Origin: an uncultured Gammaproteobacteria bacterium
GTDB taxonomy: Bacteria > Pseudomonadota > Gammaproteobacteria > GCA-001735895
Direction of reading: 5' to 3'
Length of the DNA: 64,000 nt
NCBI GenBank assembly: GCA_963835795.1
Contig: CAWIHJ010000050.1
Span: 12,849-76,848 of the forward strand
The notes beneath the pieces are model-generated. The model ran no database searches. It had not been told where the DNA came from and saw only the letters and a program-made list of their open reading frames with translations. A program made the translations under genes and the position numbers. Every line of letters begins with the position of its first letter. Within the stretch, counting starts at the first letter, position 1. Shown one piece after another: positions 49,020-58,904 of the stretch.

Positions 49020-50728
49020 TACAGCGCCTCTCCCTGGGCCACCGCCTGCTCGATTTTCTCAATCTCGACCTGCGCCAGGCCATAGATATCGCGAGCCTGT
49101 GCCGCCGAGATATAACCGCGTGCCAGGTCGCGCCGCACCAACTGTGGATCGCGATCCAGCGGGTCACCGTAGCCGGCCCCACCCGGGAAGGCCAGCTTGA
49201 CGCGGCGGTCAGCCGGCACAAACTGCTTGCCCTTGCCCTTCATTGCGACGCCATCATCACGCACGATGGTTGTTGCTGCACCATTATGCCCGCCGCGCCG
49301 GCCACGTGCCGGATGATCGACGCGATCGAACATCGCTGAAAAATCGAATTCGTGCCCAGCGGCCGCACCGACCTCCATGAACTGCCCCAGGCCGCCGCGA
49401 AATTTTCCGGCACCACCACTGTCGGGGCGCAGCTCCTTGCGCCAGATTATAATGGGGCCAGTGTGTTCGGTGGCTTCCACTGGCATGGTCATAACACCCG
49501 ACGGAAAGGCGGTTGCACTCATGCCGTCGGCCTGCGGTCTTGCACCAGAACCACCGGAGTTGAAGGTCAGCACCTCTGCTCGCCTGGCATCTGCGGGCGC
49601 TTCGATGTCGGTTCGTGGTCTTAATGAAGCCTGGAAATTACACAAGGTTCCGGCCCCCTCGGCGGGTATCGCATCCGGCAACATTTTATCCAGCGCATCA
49701 AACACGGCGTCGGGGATCATGTGGCCGATGACATGTCGCAGGGCAACCGGCGCCGGATGCACGGCATTGACAATCGAATTCACCGGCGCGGTTATAACAA
49801 ATGGGGCCAGTGACGCCGTATTATTAGGAATTTCCGGTGCAATCGCACATTTCAGCGCATAGCAGGCATAGGCCTTGGTATACACCATTGGCACATTGAT
49901 GCCTTTCCTGTCGAGACCCGAGGTACCGGCAAAATCACAGGTGACCCGGTCTTCCTCGAAGGCCAGCGCAACCTTGAGATCTACCGGATGACTGTAGCCA
50001 TCGATCGTCATCGAACCGCTGGCCTGGATGCGCGGCAAGGCGGCAATTTTTTCCAGCGTGGCGCGGCGCGAATTCTCCAGGATAAACCCCGAGATCCCAT
50101 TCAAGTCGCTCAGCTGGAATTCCGTCATCATATCGACCAGTCGGCGATGGCCGATTTCGTTACAGGTGGCCAGCGCGTAAAAATCGCCGATCGCCTGGTC
50201 CGGTTCGCGCACGTTACCGCGCACGATACTGATCAGGGTTTTGTCTACTTCGCCACGCTCGGCAAACTTCATGATCGGTATATACAGGCCTTCTTCATAT
50301 ATGGAATTCCCATCGGCGCCGAACCCGCGACCGCCGATATCGACGATATGCGCCGTACAGCCAAGAAATCCGATCAGGGTGCCTTGAAAAAATGACGGGG
50401 TAACCACGGTAATGTCGTGCAAGTGGCCGGTACCTTCCCAGGGATCGTTGGTGATGTAGACATCGCCTTCATACATGTTGTCGTAGCCAATGCGACGGAT
50501 AAAGTGGGCTACCGCATCCGCCATCGCATTTACATGCCCCGGGGTACCGGTCACGGCCTGGGCGAGCATGTCACCGTTGACGTTATAAACTCCCGCCGAC
50601 AGGTCACCGGCTTCGCGCACCGACGTCGAAAACGCGGTTCGCACCAGCGCCTGCGCCTGTTCCTCGACCACCGAAATCATGCGGTTCCACATCACCTGGT
50701 TGGCCACGGTTGACCCTTGCTGTGTCAT
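49019..50728 (-). CDS. hyuB: hydantoinase B / oxoprolinase family protein
   Basis: VMWNRMISVVEEQAQALVRTAFSTSVREAGDLSAGVY...GDVYITNDPWEGTGHLHD. The ATG at 50728 forms an ATGA overlap with the hyuA stop. The track ORF extends to 50767. Confidence 0.88.
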   Translation of the reverse strand: MTQQGSTVANQVMWNRMISVVEEQAQALVRTAFSTSVREAGDLSAGVYNVNGDMLAQAVTGTPGHVNAMADAVAHFIRRIGYDNMYEGDVYITNDPWEGTGHLHDITVVTPSFFQGTLIGFLGCTAHIVDIGGRGFGADGNSIYEEGLYIPIMKFAERGEVDKTLISIVRGNVREPDQAIGDFYALATCNEIGHRRLVDMMTEFQLSDLNGISGFILENSRRATLEKIAALPRIQASGSMTIDGYSHPVDLKVALAFEEDRVTCDFAGTSGLDRKGINVPMVYTKAYACYALKCAIAPEIPNNTASLAPFVITAPVNSIVNAVHPAPVALRHVIGHMIPDAVFDALDKMLPDAIPAEGAGTLCNFQASLRPRTDIEAPADARRAEVLTFNSGGSGARPQADGMSATAFPSGVMTMPVEATEHTGPIIIWRKELRPDSGGAGKFRGGLGQFMEVGAAAGHEFDFSAMFDRVDHPARGRRGGHNGAATTIVRDDGVAMKGKGKQFVPADRRVKLAFPGGAGYGDPLDRDPQLVRRDLARGYISAAQARDIYGLAQVEIEKIEQAVAQGEAL

Positions 50729-52818
50729 GAGGTTTCTCCTGATACGCGTTGCAGGATATCGATGCAACCGTCCGCCTGGCCGATCGCCAGTCGACTGGAT
50801 GGCAACACGATGGTAGTTTCATCTTCGGTAATCGCGGCGGGTCCCGACACGCCAAAACCAACACTCATCTGTTTGCGTAGTACGATGGACGATTCGACTG
50901 CCCTGCCGAGTGCCGGATCAAAAATCTTGCGCATGCCAGAGGATTCAGCAGCACCGGTTTGCGCCTGCTGGGCAACCATTTCGACCGGCGCCGGCAGGGT
51001 CGTGGCATTGGCTGACCAGACGGTGATCTCGATATCCATGCCATCGACAATGCGACCGAACAAGGCGGCATAGTCAGCTTCAAACAATTCCTGGTAGGTT
51101 GCTGCATCCGGATCTTTGGCCTGGTTGGCTGGAATGATGATCGGTATTTCTTCACCCTGCCCCGAGTAGCGCATGTAGACCTTGAACTCGGTCCTGATTT
51201 CCGCGCTGGCGTCACAGGTGCGCACGAAACCAGTCGCTTCCTGCTCAAGATCGGTGAGCAATTGACGGATGGTATCGGGGGCGAAATCCGACAGGCGCAT
51301 GTAAACACTGCGGTTAGCCTCGAAACTGAAAGGCGCGCGCAGAAAGCCGATGGCCGAGCCTACCCCGGCCCCGGGTGGCACCAGCAAGCGGCTGATGCCG
51401 AGCTTTTCGCAAAGCCTTCCGGCATGTAAGGGCGCGGCACCGCCAAAAGCGATCATCGTGTATTCAGAAAGATCTTCGCCGTTTTCGACGGCATGCACGC
51501 GCGCGGCATTCGCCATGTTTTCATCGACCACTTCGGACAGACCGTAGGCCGCGGTTTGCGAATCCATGTCGAGTACCGAGCCCAGAATTGCCTGCAATGC
51601 AGTACTCGAACTCTCGGTGTTCAAATGTATCGATCCACCGGCAAAATTGTCGGGGTCCAGGCGCCCAAGGATCAGGTCGGCATCGGTTACCGCGGGCCGC
51701 TCCCCACCACGACCATAACAGGCCGGGCCCGGTTCGGAACCCGCCGATTCCGGGCCGACGCGAATCTGGCGCATCGAATCAACGTGTGCCAGCGAGCCGC
51801 CACCGGCACCGATTTCCACCATGTCGATTACCGGGATCGAAATCGGCATGCCGGAACCTTTCTTGAAGCGATAGGTGCGGGCAACTTCAAATACCCGGCT
51901 GGTTTTCGGGGTCTGGTTTTTGATCAGGCAAATCTTCGCGGTGGTACCACCCATATCGAAGGACAACACCTTGTCGAGCCCGTAACGCGCCGCGATATGC
52001 GCGGCAAAAACGGCGCCACCGGCCGGACCCGATTCGACCAGGCGCACCGGAAACTGCGCCGCGCTTTCGATCGAAATAATGCCGCCACCGGAATGCATCA
52101 GGAAAATCGGGCAATCGGCTCCCTCGGCTTTTAACTGTGCCCCTAACCGACCAAGATAACTCTCCATCATCGGCTTGATGTAGGCATTCGCCACCACGGT
52201 ATTGAAACGCTCGTATTCACGCATTTGCGGTGACACTTCGGAGGAAATCGAAACCGACAGCCCGGGCATCTTCTCCAGCAGTACTTCGCGAATCGTGATT
52301 TCATGCTGACTGTTCAGATAGGAATGCATCAGGCCGATCGCGACACTCTCGTATCCGGCCATGACTATTTGTTCCGCCAGGCGTTCGACTTGTTCGCGTT
52401 GCAGGGCGACAAGGACTTCGCCTTTGGCGCTCACCCGCTCGCTGACGGTATAGCGTTGCTGACGCGGCAGCAGGGGTTCAGGCAGAACGAGGTTCAGATC
52501 GTACTGCTCGAATCGTGATTCGCTGCGCATTTCGATCACATCGCGAAAACCCTCGGTGGTAATCAATGCGGTTTTAGCGCCACGACGTTCGATCAGCGCG
52601 TTGGTGGCGAGCGTCGTGCCGTGGATGATTTGCTGAATTTGCGCAGGCTCGATTGCGGCCTTGGCGCACACCTGCTGCATGCCTTCGATGATGGCATCTT
52701 CGGGCGCGGCGTAAGTGGTCAGCACCTTGGCAGAGAACTGCTGCTGGCCGATCTCGAGCACGACATCGGTGAAGGTACCACCGATATCGACTCCGAGGCG
52801 AGTGGACGGTCCAGACAT
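50725..52818 (-). CDS. hyuA: hydantoinase A / oxoprolinase family protein
   Basis: RLGVDIGGTFTDVVL...GTTLATNALIERRGAKTALITTEGFRDV...FDMGGTTAKI. The protein is 697 aa long. Confidence 0.9.
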   Translation of the reverse strand: MSGPSTRLGVDIGGTFTDVVLEIGQQQFSAKVLTTYAAPEDAIIEGMQQVCAKAAIEPAQIQQIIHGTTLATNALIERRGAKTALITTEGFRDVIEMRSESRFEQYDLNLVLPEPLLPRQQRYTVSERVSAKGEVLVALQREQVERLAEQIVMAGYESVAIGLMHSYLNSQHEITIREVLLEKMPGLSVSISSEVSPQMREYERFNTVVANAYIKPMMESYLGRLGAQLKAEGADCPIFLMHSGGGIISIESAAQFPVRLVESGPAGGAVFAAHIAARYGLDKVLSFDMGGTTAKICLIKNQTPKTSRVFEVARTYRFKKGSGMPISIPVIDMVEIGAGGGSLAHVDSMRQIRVGPESAGSEPGPACYGRGGERPAVTDADLILGRLDPDNFAGGSIHLNTESSSTALQAILGSVLDMDSQTAAYGLSEVVDENMANAARVHAVENGEDLSEYTMIAFGGAAPLHAGRLCEKLGISRLLVPPGAGVGSAIGFLRAPFSFEANRSVYMRLSDFAPDTIRQLLTDLEQEATGFVRTCDASAEIRTEFKVYMRYSGQGEEIPIIIPANQAKDPDAATYQELFEADYAALFGRIVDGMDIEITVWSANATTLPAPVEMVAQQAQTGAAESSGMRKIFDPALGRAVESSIVLRKQMSVGFGVSGPAAITEDETTIVLPSSRLAIGQADGCIDILQRVSGETS

Positions 52819-52910
52819 GATTTTCTCTCCGCAACGACAGTTAAGCCAGGGGCCAATTTAAACCCGAACCATCGATAGAATCCAATTATTTAATTGGATT
52901 GAAAGAATAG

Positions 52911-53855
52911 CTATTCGTTATTCTCTGAAATCGCGCCGATACCACTACTAGCGGCAAACGCCACCGAGAAATCATGCGAAACCTCAGCCGCAATCTCGGC
53001 CGCCGCGGCGACATATTGCGGCGTTCGATCAGCATCGTAGCGGGCAGAAAATTGCAGCGCACGCGGCGTCCAGGCATAGTTGATCTGTACCAGTTCACCC
53101 GCCTGCAATTCATCTACCACCATTGCCGCTGGCACCGCGGCGATGCCAAATCCCTCGATCGTCATGTGGATACAGGCGGCGAGGTTACTCGAAGGCACCA
53201 GGCGCGCCGTGAGGTTGCGTCGGTTGCTGAAATGCGCGGCCACCTCCCGGTAAGGCTGCGTATTGCGTGCATGCGTCAAAATCGGGTATTGCATCAGGTC
53301 TTCGAGCCTGACTTCGCCCAGTGTGTGCAACCCGGCCTGCGGCGACGCTATCCAGATCATCGCGAACACACCGAGATCGAGTTCACCACTGATTGGCTGG
53401 CCGAACGGTCCACTCTGGAAGGCGAGATCGATCGAACGCTCAAGTAACTCCTGCTCGAGGTTCGCCGACAAATCTACGGTCAGTTCCACGGCGATGTTTG
53501 GATAGCGCCCTTTCAACACGCGCATAAAATCCCGGGCCCAGGAATGCACTACCATTTCGGTCACACCGAGGCGCAGCTGCCCGTTGGCCAGCGAGTCGCG
53601 ACCCGCCGCCGCGGTAAAGCGCTCGGCTGACTTCAGCACCTCGCGCGCATGCCCCAGCAATTCCTGCCCTTTCACGGTAAGCCGCACCGAACCCGCGTCA
53701 CGCTGCATCAGCGACACGTCGAGCGCGGTCTCCAGCGCAGCAATGCGGGCAGAAATATTCGGCTGCGTGGTATTCAGCCGATCGGCTGCCTTGCGAAAGC
53801 TACCGAGGTCAGAAACCCAGACAAAAGCCTCGAGGTGTTTGAAATTGTAATTCAG
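52911..53855 (-). CDS. LysR-family transcriptional regulator whose HTH lies upstream of any canonical start codon (probable CTG start)
   Basis: Track ORF 52911..53717 begins inside the protein. The same frame upstream reads (L)NYNFKHLEAFVWVSDLGSFRKAADRLNTTQPNISARIAALETALDV. This is the LysR HTH, and it is preceded by ggag. The only start-like codon is the CTG at 53855..53853. Confidence 0.8.
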   Translation of the reverse strand: MNYNFKHLEAFVWVSDLGSFRKAADRLNTTQPNISARIAALETALDVSLMQRDAGSVRLTVKGQELLGHAREVLKSAERFTAAAGRDSLANGQLRLGVTEMVVHSWARDFMRVLKGRYPNIAVELTVDLSANLEQELLERSIDLAFQSGPFGQPISGELDLGVFAMIWIASPQAGLHTLGEVRLEDLMQYPILTHARNTQPYREVAAHFSNRRNLTARLVPSSNLAACIHMTIEGFGIAAVPAAMVVDELQAGELVQINYAWTPRALQFSARYDADRTPQYVAAAAEIAAEVSHDFSVAFAASSGIGAISENNE

Positions 53856-54180
53856 TTTGCTTCTCCGTCCTTGCCACGGTTTAAAAACGGCTGAAGATAT
53901 TGCTCATGATGATACTGATTCCACCAGGGCATTGATATGGTTCCAGGCGGCGGCATGTGGTGCCCAGCACAGAGTCAAACGCGATTATACTCGGTACCTC
54001 CAGAACCCGATATAAACCAGCGCCGCGGTACTTTTTCAGCTAGACTAATGGCTACTTTCCTGAAGCAGGCAGTCTGGACCACTCTTTACCAGGCAACTAC
54101 TGCCGCTCTTCCCAGACCGGCAATTCCAGATGATAACGACAAACCGTCCTTGTCCTGATGGATACGGCTCATGGAGCCCC

Positions 54181-54927
54181 ATGCGAAACTATCGTCTCAA
54201 GCACCAAATTATCAGCGTATGCGAGGTTGACTACCAGATCTGCTCACTGCTGGACAACCTGCAATACGATAAAGACGACCTTCAAGCCCTGGTGATGGGA
54301 ATTACCTCATCCACCTGGTCACTGTTCGGTGTTCTCTGGCCCGCGTCACAAGTTCTCGCCGCCGAGGTGTGTGCTGCCAGTCTTGACGGCAAGCGTGTGC
54401 TCGAAATCGGTTGTGGGATCGGCCTTGCAAGTTTAGTGCTGCACAAGATGGGCGTGGATATAACCGCCAGCGATTACCATCCACGCGCACAGGAATTCCT
54501 TGACCGAAACGTTCTGGACAATGGTCTGTCGCCTATCAAATTTCAATCGGTGGATTTTGAAAAAGAAAATCCGCAGCTTGGGAAATTCGACGTGATCATT
54601 GCTAGCGATGTTTTATACCAGCCGCATCATGCGAAATACCTCTCCACGCTGATTGCAACCCATTCGAGCGACGATGTTGACGTCATCGTGGTGGATCCTG
54701 GCCGGGAAAATCGGGCCAGCTTCACGCACAATATGATCGCGCTGGGTTTCAGCCATCATTTCAATCGTTTTAACCGGCAGTTGAGCCCCGAACTTCAGTG
54801 CAAGGGCCGGATACTGCATTATCACCGCCTGGGTAATCCCGTCACGGGAGACATTGGCGGTCTCAAACCAAAACCCGCATCCGCACCCAGGATACCGCCG
54901 AGAGTAATAAACCATGTCGGAAATTGA
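54181..54927 (+). CDS. class I SAM-dependent methyltransferase of the Methyltransf_16 / protein-lysine methyltransferase-like type
   Basis: LWPASQVLAAEV...GKRVLEIGCGIGLASLVL (motif I) and FDVIIASDVLYQPHHA are present. The ATG at 54181 lies within track ORF 54130..54927. Confidence 0.68.
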   Translation: MRNYRLKHQIISVCEVDYQICSLLDNLQYDKDDLQALVMGITSSTWSLFGVLWPASQVLAAEVCAASLDGKRVLEIGCGIGLASLVLHKMGVDITASDYHPRAQEFLDRNVLDNGLSPIKFQSVDFEKENPQLGKFDVIIASDVLYQPHHAKYLSTLIATHSSDDVDVIVVDPGRENRASFTHNMIALGFSHHFNRFNRQLSPELQCKGRILHYHRLGNPVTGDIGGLKPKPASAPRIPPRVINHVGN

Positions 54928-55306
54928 AGACCTCAAGATCGTTGGAATTGACCTTGAACGCCCACCGCAGATTCGAAAAGAAGCGTATATTGATTTGTAT
55001 TTCAACCTGTCCAGCAAGGCTCCCCTTGACTGGTGTGAAGATTTTAATGCACTGGGCCGTCGAATGGATCCAGCCATCAAGATCGAAAAAAATAACGGCC
55101 TTTACGTCGAGGCATGGGTCAGGAACATGAACGATATCGTCCCACACCTGGAAAAAATAAAGCAGAAAGTGGCCGACTGCAATGAACAATACAGGGAAAA
55201 GGAGCGCCTGAAAAAACTCGCCTTATTAGCGGCCAAAACCAGCACAGCCGGCAAGAATGTCGAGCAAACAAAACTCAACGAAATCATCGCTGATCTGAAA
55301 TTTTGA
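54914..55306 (+). CDS. hypothetical protein (130 aa) with a coiled-coil-like C-terminus
   Basis: It overlaps the methyltransferase gene by 14 nt. MSEIEDLKIVGIDLERPPQIRKEAYIDLYFNLSS... I recognise no family. Confidence 0.45.
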   Translation: MSEIEDLKIVGIDLERPPQIRKEAYIDLYFNLSSKAPLDWCEDFNALGRRMDPAIKIEKNNGLYVEAWVRNMNDIVPHLEKIKQKVADCNEQYREKERLKKLALLAAKTSTAGKNVEQTKLNEIIADLKF

Positions 55307-55511
55307 CGCCTGTTTCTCGGCCGGCGAGCACCGATTAGCATCGCAGCGAAGCGCCGTGACAGACGCAAAGTCGGGCGGTCGAAAATCGGGTAGATGCCGG
55401 ATATACCACTACCGTTTAATCGCGGATCATTGCAGACGAAGGTTAGTTCTTCCTATACCCTAGTCGTCCATGCGGAATGTTCTGCAGGATCAACAAATTC
55501 AGGAGAGCCAA

Positions 55512-55796
55512 ATGGCCGTCTACAGAATCACACGCTTTGCCGCAGCAGATATGGACAAGGCAAAAGAAATCACAAATAACATGCGCGATGTCATCGAGGG
55601 CATGGGTGCCGAGTTTATTGACCTGGTCTCTTACGGCAATGGCAAAGGTGTTGTCCTCGCGAAATACCCTGACCAGGCAGCGATGGATGCGGCAGCTGAC
55701 ACCGCGAAGAAAGTATTTGCAGACCTGATTGAGGCCGGTGTGGTCGATGCTGATTCGGTGCATCCGCACGCGGGTGAAGTGTTTAATTCATTCTAA
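55512..55796 (+). CDS. small hypothetical protein (94 aa), possibly a ferredoxin-like (Dabb/ABM) fold
   Basis: The ATG at 55512 follows caggagag. The protein reads MAVYRITRFAAADMDKAKEITNNMRDVIEGMGAEFIDLVSYGNGKGVVLAKYPDQAAMD. The fold guess is weak. Confidence 0.45.
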   Translation: MAVYRITRFAAADMDKAKEITNNMRDVIEGMGAEFIDLVSYGNGKGVVLAKYPDQAAMDAAADTAKKVFADLIEAGVVDADSVHPHAGEVFNSF

Positions 55797-55861
55797 GGCC
55801 AGGTAAGCCATTTATCTGGTACGGTTTATCGAACCGGGGATTTTCATCAAGTCTCCCTCCG

Positions 55862-55908
55862 CCAGACCCCAAAAAAAGCCCCGAATCGAGGGGCTTTTTT
55901 TGGTCTGG
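55862..55908. terminator. strong hairpin flanked by an A-run and a T-run (bidirectional intrinsic terminator)
   Basis: ccagacccc-aaaaaaa-gcccc-gaatcga-ggggc-ttttttt-ggtctgg lies 66 nt after the 55796 stop. Confidence 0.75.
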
Positions 55909-56103
55909 TCTTAGAGGCAGTCTCCAGCTAACAAGTCGCCAGAATAATTTCCCTGTTCCTGGGAAAAATATCAGGTAGTCCTACTCAGTTCGTCTAAGCA
56001 TTTTCAAAGCGGAATAAAGTCAACTTGTCAGCTTCACTGCAAGCCTGCGCGGCGGTTCGACGTATCAGTCGAAGGGCAACTTATAGTATCCTGAGCTAAT
56101 TAC

Positions 56104-56221
56104 AAAAGCATCGATTTGATCGATATTAAGTAGCGGAGCATGGGTGTAGTCTGCCCCAATACTCTATGCTTAGATGGAAACCCTGTGTACCGTATCAAGC
56201 GAGTAATGGTAGAAATTTATG
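56104..56221 (+). promoter_or_regulatory. copy A of a 118-bp duplicated promoter/operator/leader unit ending in the start codon of the Rieske gene
   Basis: An ungapped hand alignment to the reverse complement of 62360..62477 gives 101 identities out of 118. It contains the near-palindrome atcgatttgatcgat (56110..56124) between a possible -35 ttacaa and -10 tattaa. Confidence 0.8.
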
Positions 56222-57367
56222 AGCCACATTGAATTAAAAGCAGTGCTGGATGACTTGCGCCGCACCGCAGCGCTCGATTTCAGCGCGGCTCGTTCCGCAC
56301 CACCTTCCGTTTACCATCACCCGGACTTTCTGGCGCTTGAGGCCGACAAAATATTCAAACAGGAATGGATCTGCGTGGGGCGCACTGCAGAGATTCCAAA
56401 TACTGGTGATTATCTGACCTACGAAATCATTGACCAACCCGTTTTTGTCATCCGGCAAAAAGACAAATCCATCGCGGCGTTTGCCAATGTCTGCGCGCAT
56501 CGTTGCGCGAAACTGTTAAACGGCAAGGGTTGCTCGAGCCGAATCAGCTGTCCCTACCATTCATGGACTTATGCGCTCGACGGTCAACTGATCGGTGCGC
56601 CTTATATGGAGCAAACACCAGGCTTCGATAAAGCAGACTATCACCTGGCTCTGGTTCGCTCGGAAATCTGGGAAGGCTTCATCTATGTCACCCTGAACGA
56701 TGAGCTGGCGCCGGTGGCCGAGCGGCTGAAAGGCTTGCATGAAATCGTTGGCCAGTTTCGAATGGCTGATTACGAGCCCGTATTCGAAGGTGATGAAATC
56801 TGGAACACCAACTGGAAATGCCTGGTTGAGAATTTCATGGATGCCATGCACATCCACCGCGTGCATAAAGACTCATTTGCCAAAGACGGCATCGCGGAAG
56901 ATTTCACAACCTGCTTTGCAGGTGACCCGTATTTTACCTGGCACCATATTGAAGCGAAATCCGATGCAGGCCGTGGATTTGCGCATGAGTCCAACACCTG
57001 GCTGAGTGATGAATACCGCTCGCGCATCCTGTTGCTGGGTTTATTCCCCAACCACACGATTCAACTGCAACCCGACATGATGTGGTATTTATCGATCATG
57101 CCCCAGGGCACGTCCCGGGTTCGCATTCGCTGGCGCGTATCCATTCCACGCGAAATCCTCGACAACTCACCCGACCGTGAAAAGATCATTGCCGATCTCA
57201 AGGAACTGCTGACCCAGGTTAACTCCGAAGACCGACCTGTCGTCGAAGGCCTTTTCCAGGCAACCGCATCTACCCTCGCCAGGGCGGGCCCGATGAGCCA
57301 CCTCGAACGTAACGTCTATGAGTTCGATCGCTACATCGCGCGCAAATTAATTGCGAAGGAGTCATAA
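56219..57367 (+). CDS. Rieske [2Fe-2S] non-heme iron oxygenase alpha subunit
   Basis: The Rieske motif is CAHRCAKLL...CPYHSWTY. The catalytic motif is NWKCLVENFMDAMHIHRVH. The protein is 382 aa long. Confidence 0.85.
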   Translation: MSHIELKAVLDDLRRTAALDFSAARSAPPSVYHHPDFLALEADKIFKQEWICVGRTAEIPNTGDYLTYEIIDQPVFVIRQKDKSIAAFANVCAHRCAKLLNGKGCSSRISCPYHSWTYALDGQLIGAPYMEQTPGFDKADYHLALVRSEIWEGFIYVTLNDELAPVAERLKGLHEIVGQFRMADYEPVFEGDEIWNTNWKCLVENFMDAMHIHRVHKDSFAKDGIAEDFTTCFAGDPYFTWHHIEAKSDAGRGFAHESNTWLSDEYRSRILLLGLFPNHTIQLQPDMMWYLSIMPQGTSRVRIRWRVSIPREILDNSPDREKIIADLKELLTQVNSEDRPVVEGLFQATASTLARAGPMSHLERNVYEFDRYIARKLIAKES

Positions 57368-57368
57368 C

Positions 57369-58235
57369 ATGCTGTCACTCGATATCTTTCAAAGCTTGTG
57401 GGCAATGGATTTTGATCGCCCGGACGGCTTCGAGTGGACAACCGAAGAGCGCTTCGAAATGATCGCCAAGGCGGGTTATCGGGGAGTTGGTTTTGATGCA
57501 GGCCTTTCGTATACGCCCTATGAGGAGCTGTCTGATTACGTCAAGTATTGTGAAGCGTACGATCTCGATGTGTCGATCAATGCATTTCCGCGTAACGACG
57601 CAGATGTCACCGCCGCCATCACCCAGGCCAAAATGTTCAACGGCCGCTGCCGCTTTATCAGCATCATCGGATACATTGTGCCCTGGAACGTCGACGAAGT
57701 TGCCCAGGTAACCCGCCAGTGGCTCAAACTGGGAGAAGAAGCGCAGGTGCCCATTTTCGTCGAAGGCCACCGCAACTGCATGACCAATGACCTGCTGTTT
57801 ACCTTGCAGTTAATGGATGCCGTACCCGAGCTGATGATGACCGCCGACCTGTCTCATTTCATGGTCAATCAGGAGTGGGTATTTCTACCACTGCAAGACC
57901 ATCAGCAAGCATTGATCAGCCGCTACCTTGAACGCAGCGAATCCTTCCAGGGACGCATTGCATCACCCGAACAGATTCAGATTCAGCCGGCATTCCCGCA
58001 ACACGAAAAATGGGTCAACTTGTTCCACAACTGGTGGATCGAGGGACTGGAGAGCTGGCGCAAGCGCCACGCCGGCACCGACGACCGCTGTGTCTTTATG
58101 TGTGAACTGGGCCCCCCTCCCTACGCCATTACTGGCGCCGATGGTTATGAACTGACCAGTCGCTGGGATGAGGCATTGCAGATTAAGGAGACGGTTGAAC
58201 GAATTTGGGGGGAATTGGAAAATTCCAGCCAGTAA
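57369..58235 (+). CDS. xylose-isomerase-like TIM-barrel protein (sugar phosphate isomerase/epimerase family)
   Basis: The ATG at 57369 follows a perfect aaggag. MIAKAGYRGVGFD...IFVEGHRNCMTN...TADLSHFMV fits the family pattern. The assignment is moderate. Confidence 0.62.
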   Translation: MLSLDIFQSLWAMDFDRPDGFEWTTEERFEMIAKAGYRGVGFDAGLSYTPYEELSDYVKYCEAYDLDVSINAFPRNDADVTAAITQAKMFNGRCRFISIIGYIVPWNVDEVAQVTRQWLKLGEEAQVPIFVEGHRNCMTNDLLFTLQLMDAVPELMMTADLSHFMVNQEWVFLPLQDHQQALISRYLERSESFQGRIASPEQIQIQPAFPQHEKWVNLFHNWWIEGLESWRKRHAGTDDRCVFMCELGPPPYAITGADGYELTSRWDEALQIKETVERIWGELENSSQ

Positions 58236-58256
58236 ATTCGACAGCTTTTGCAAAAA

Positions 58257-58904
58257 CTAGGGGTTCTTGCCAGCGCCTACCGCTAGATACGCCAATAACA
58301 CTTTCTTGAATGTAGATACGGTACTCACTAAATCGAATTTTGGGCGTATCAATGTACGGATCACGGCCCCGTCCAGGAAGGTTGACACCATCCGTCGAAC
58401 TTCATCCACATTCACTTCTCGAAACTCACCCTTTTCTATTCCCTCCTTTAGAAAATTCGTTAGCATTTCCCATTCCAGCTCATAGAAGATGTCAATGGGA
58501 CTACTCTCGTTGGACGAAGCTGAACCCAGTGTTTTCAGATCAAGACTCACCCGCACCATCTTGCGGATGGTATCCATCAATTCGATATGGGTTTCCAGCC
58601 AGCTTGCAATCTTCTCCCGGGGGCCCTCAACTTTACTGATCGATTCCTGGAATGCAGAAAACACCTGTTCAGCAGAATCTTCGATAGCGGCGCGACACAA
58701 GCTCTCCTTGTCAGAAAAGTAGTAATAAATCATCGCAGTATTTACATTGGCTGCGATGCCGATATCTTTAATCGTGACTTGCCCGTAGCCCTGTTCGGCA
58801 AACAGGTTGAGGGCGACTATCTTGAGTTCTTCCGCTATGTCCCGTCGTTTACCCGTATTTGCCGGACGTCCAGGCCTTTTCCGCTGCGCACTGTTTTCTA
58901 TCAT
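58257..58904 (-). CDS. TetR-family transcriptional regulator
   Basis: IAEELKIVALNLFAEQGYGQVTIKDIGIAANVNTAMIYYYFSDKESL is a TetR HTH. Confidence 0.85.
   Translation of the reverse strand: MIENSAQRKRPGRPANTGKRRDIAEELKIVALNLFAEQGYGQVTIKDIGIAANVNTAMIYYYFSDKESLCRAAIEDSAEQVFSAFQESISKVEGPREKIASWLETHIELMDTIRKMVRVSLDLKTLGSASSNESSPIDIFYELEWEMLTNFLKEGIEKGEFREVNVDEVRRMVSTFLDGAVIRTLIRPKFDLVSTVSTFKKVLLAYLAVGAGKNP

Noticed and set aside
56135-56218. The conserved 5' leader might be a riboswitch.
   Set aside because: I could not fold a convincing conserved structure by eye. The few A/B differences do not look compensatory. With only two copies covariation cannot be assessed, so the idea is left as a test rather than a claim.
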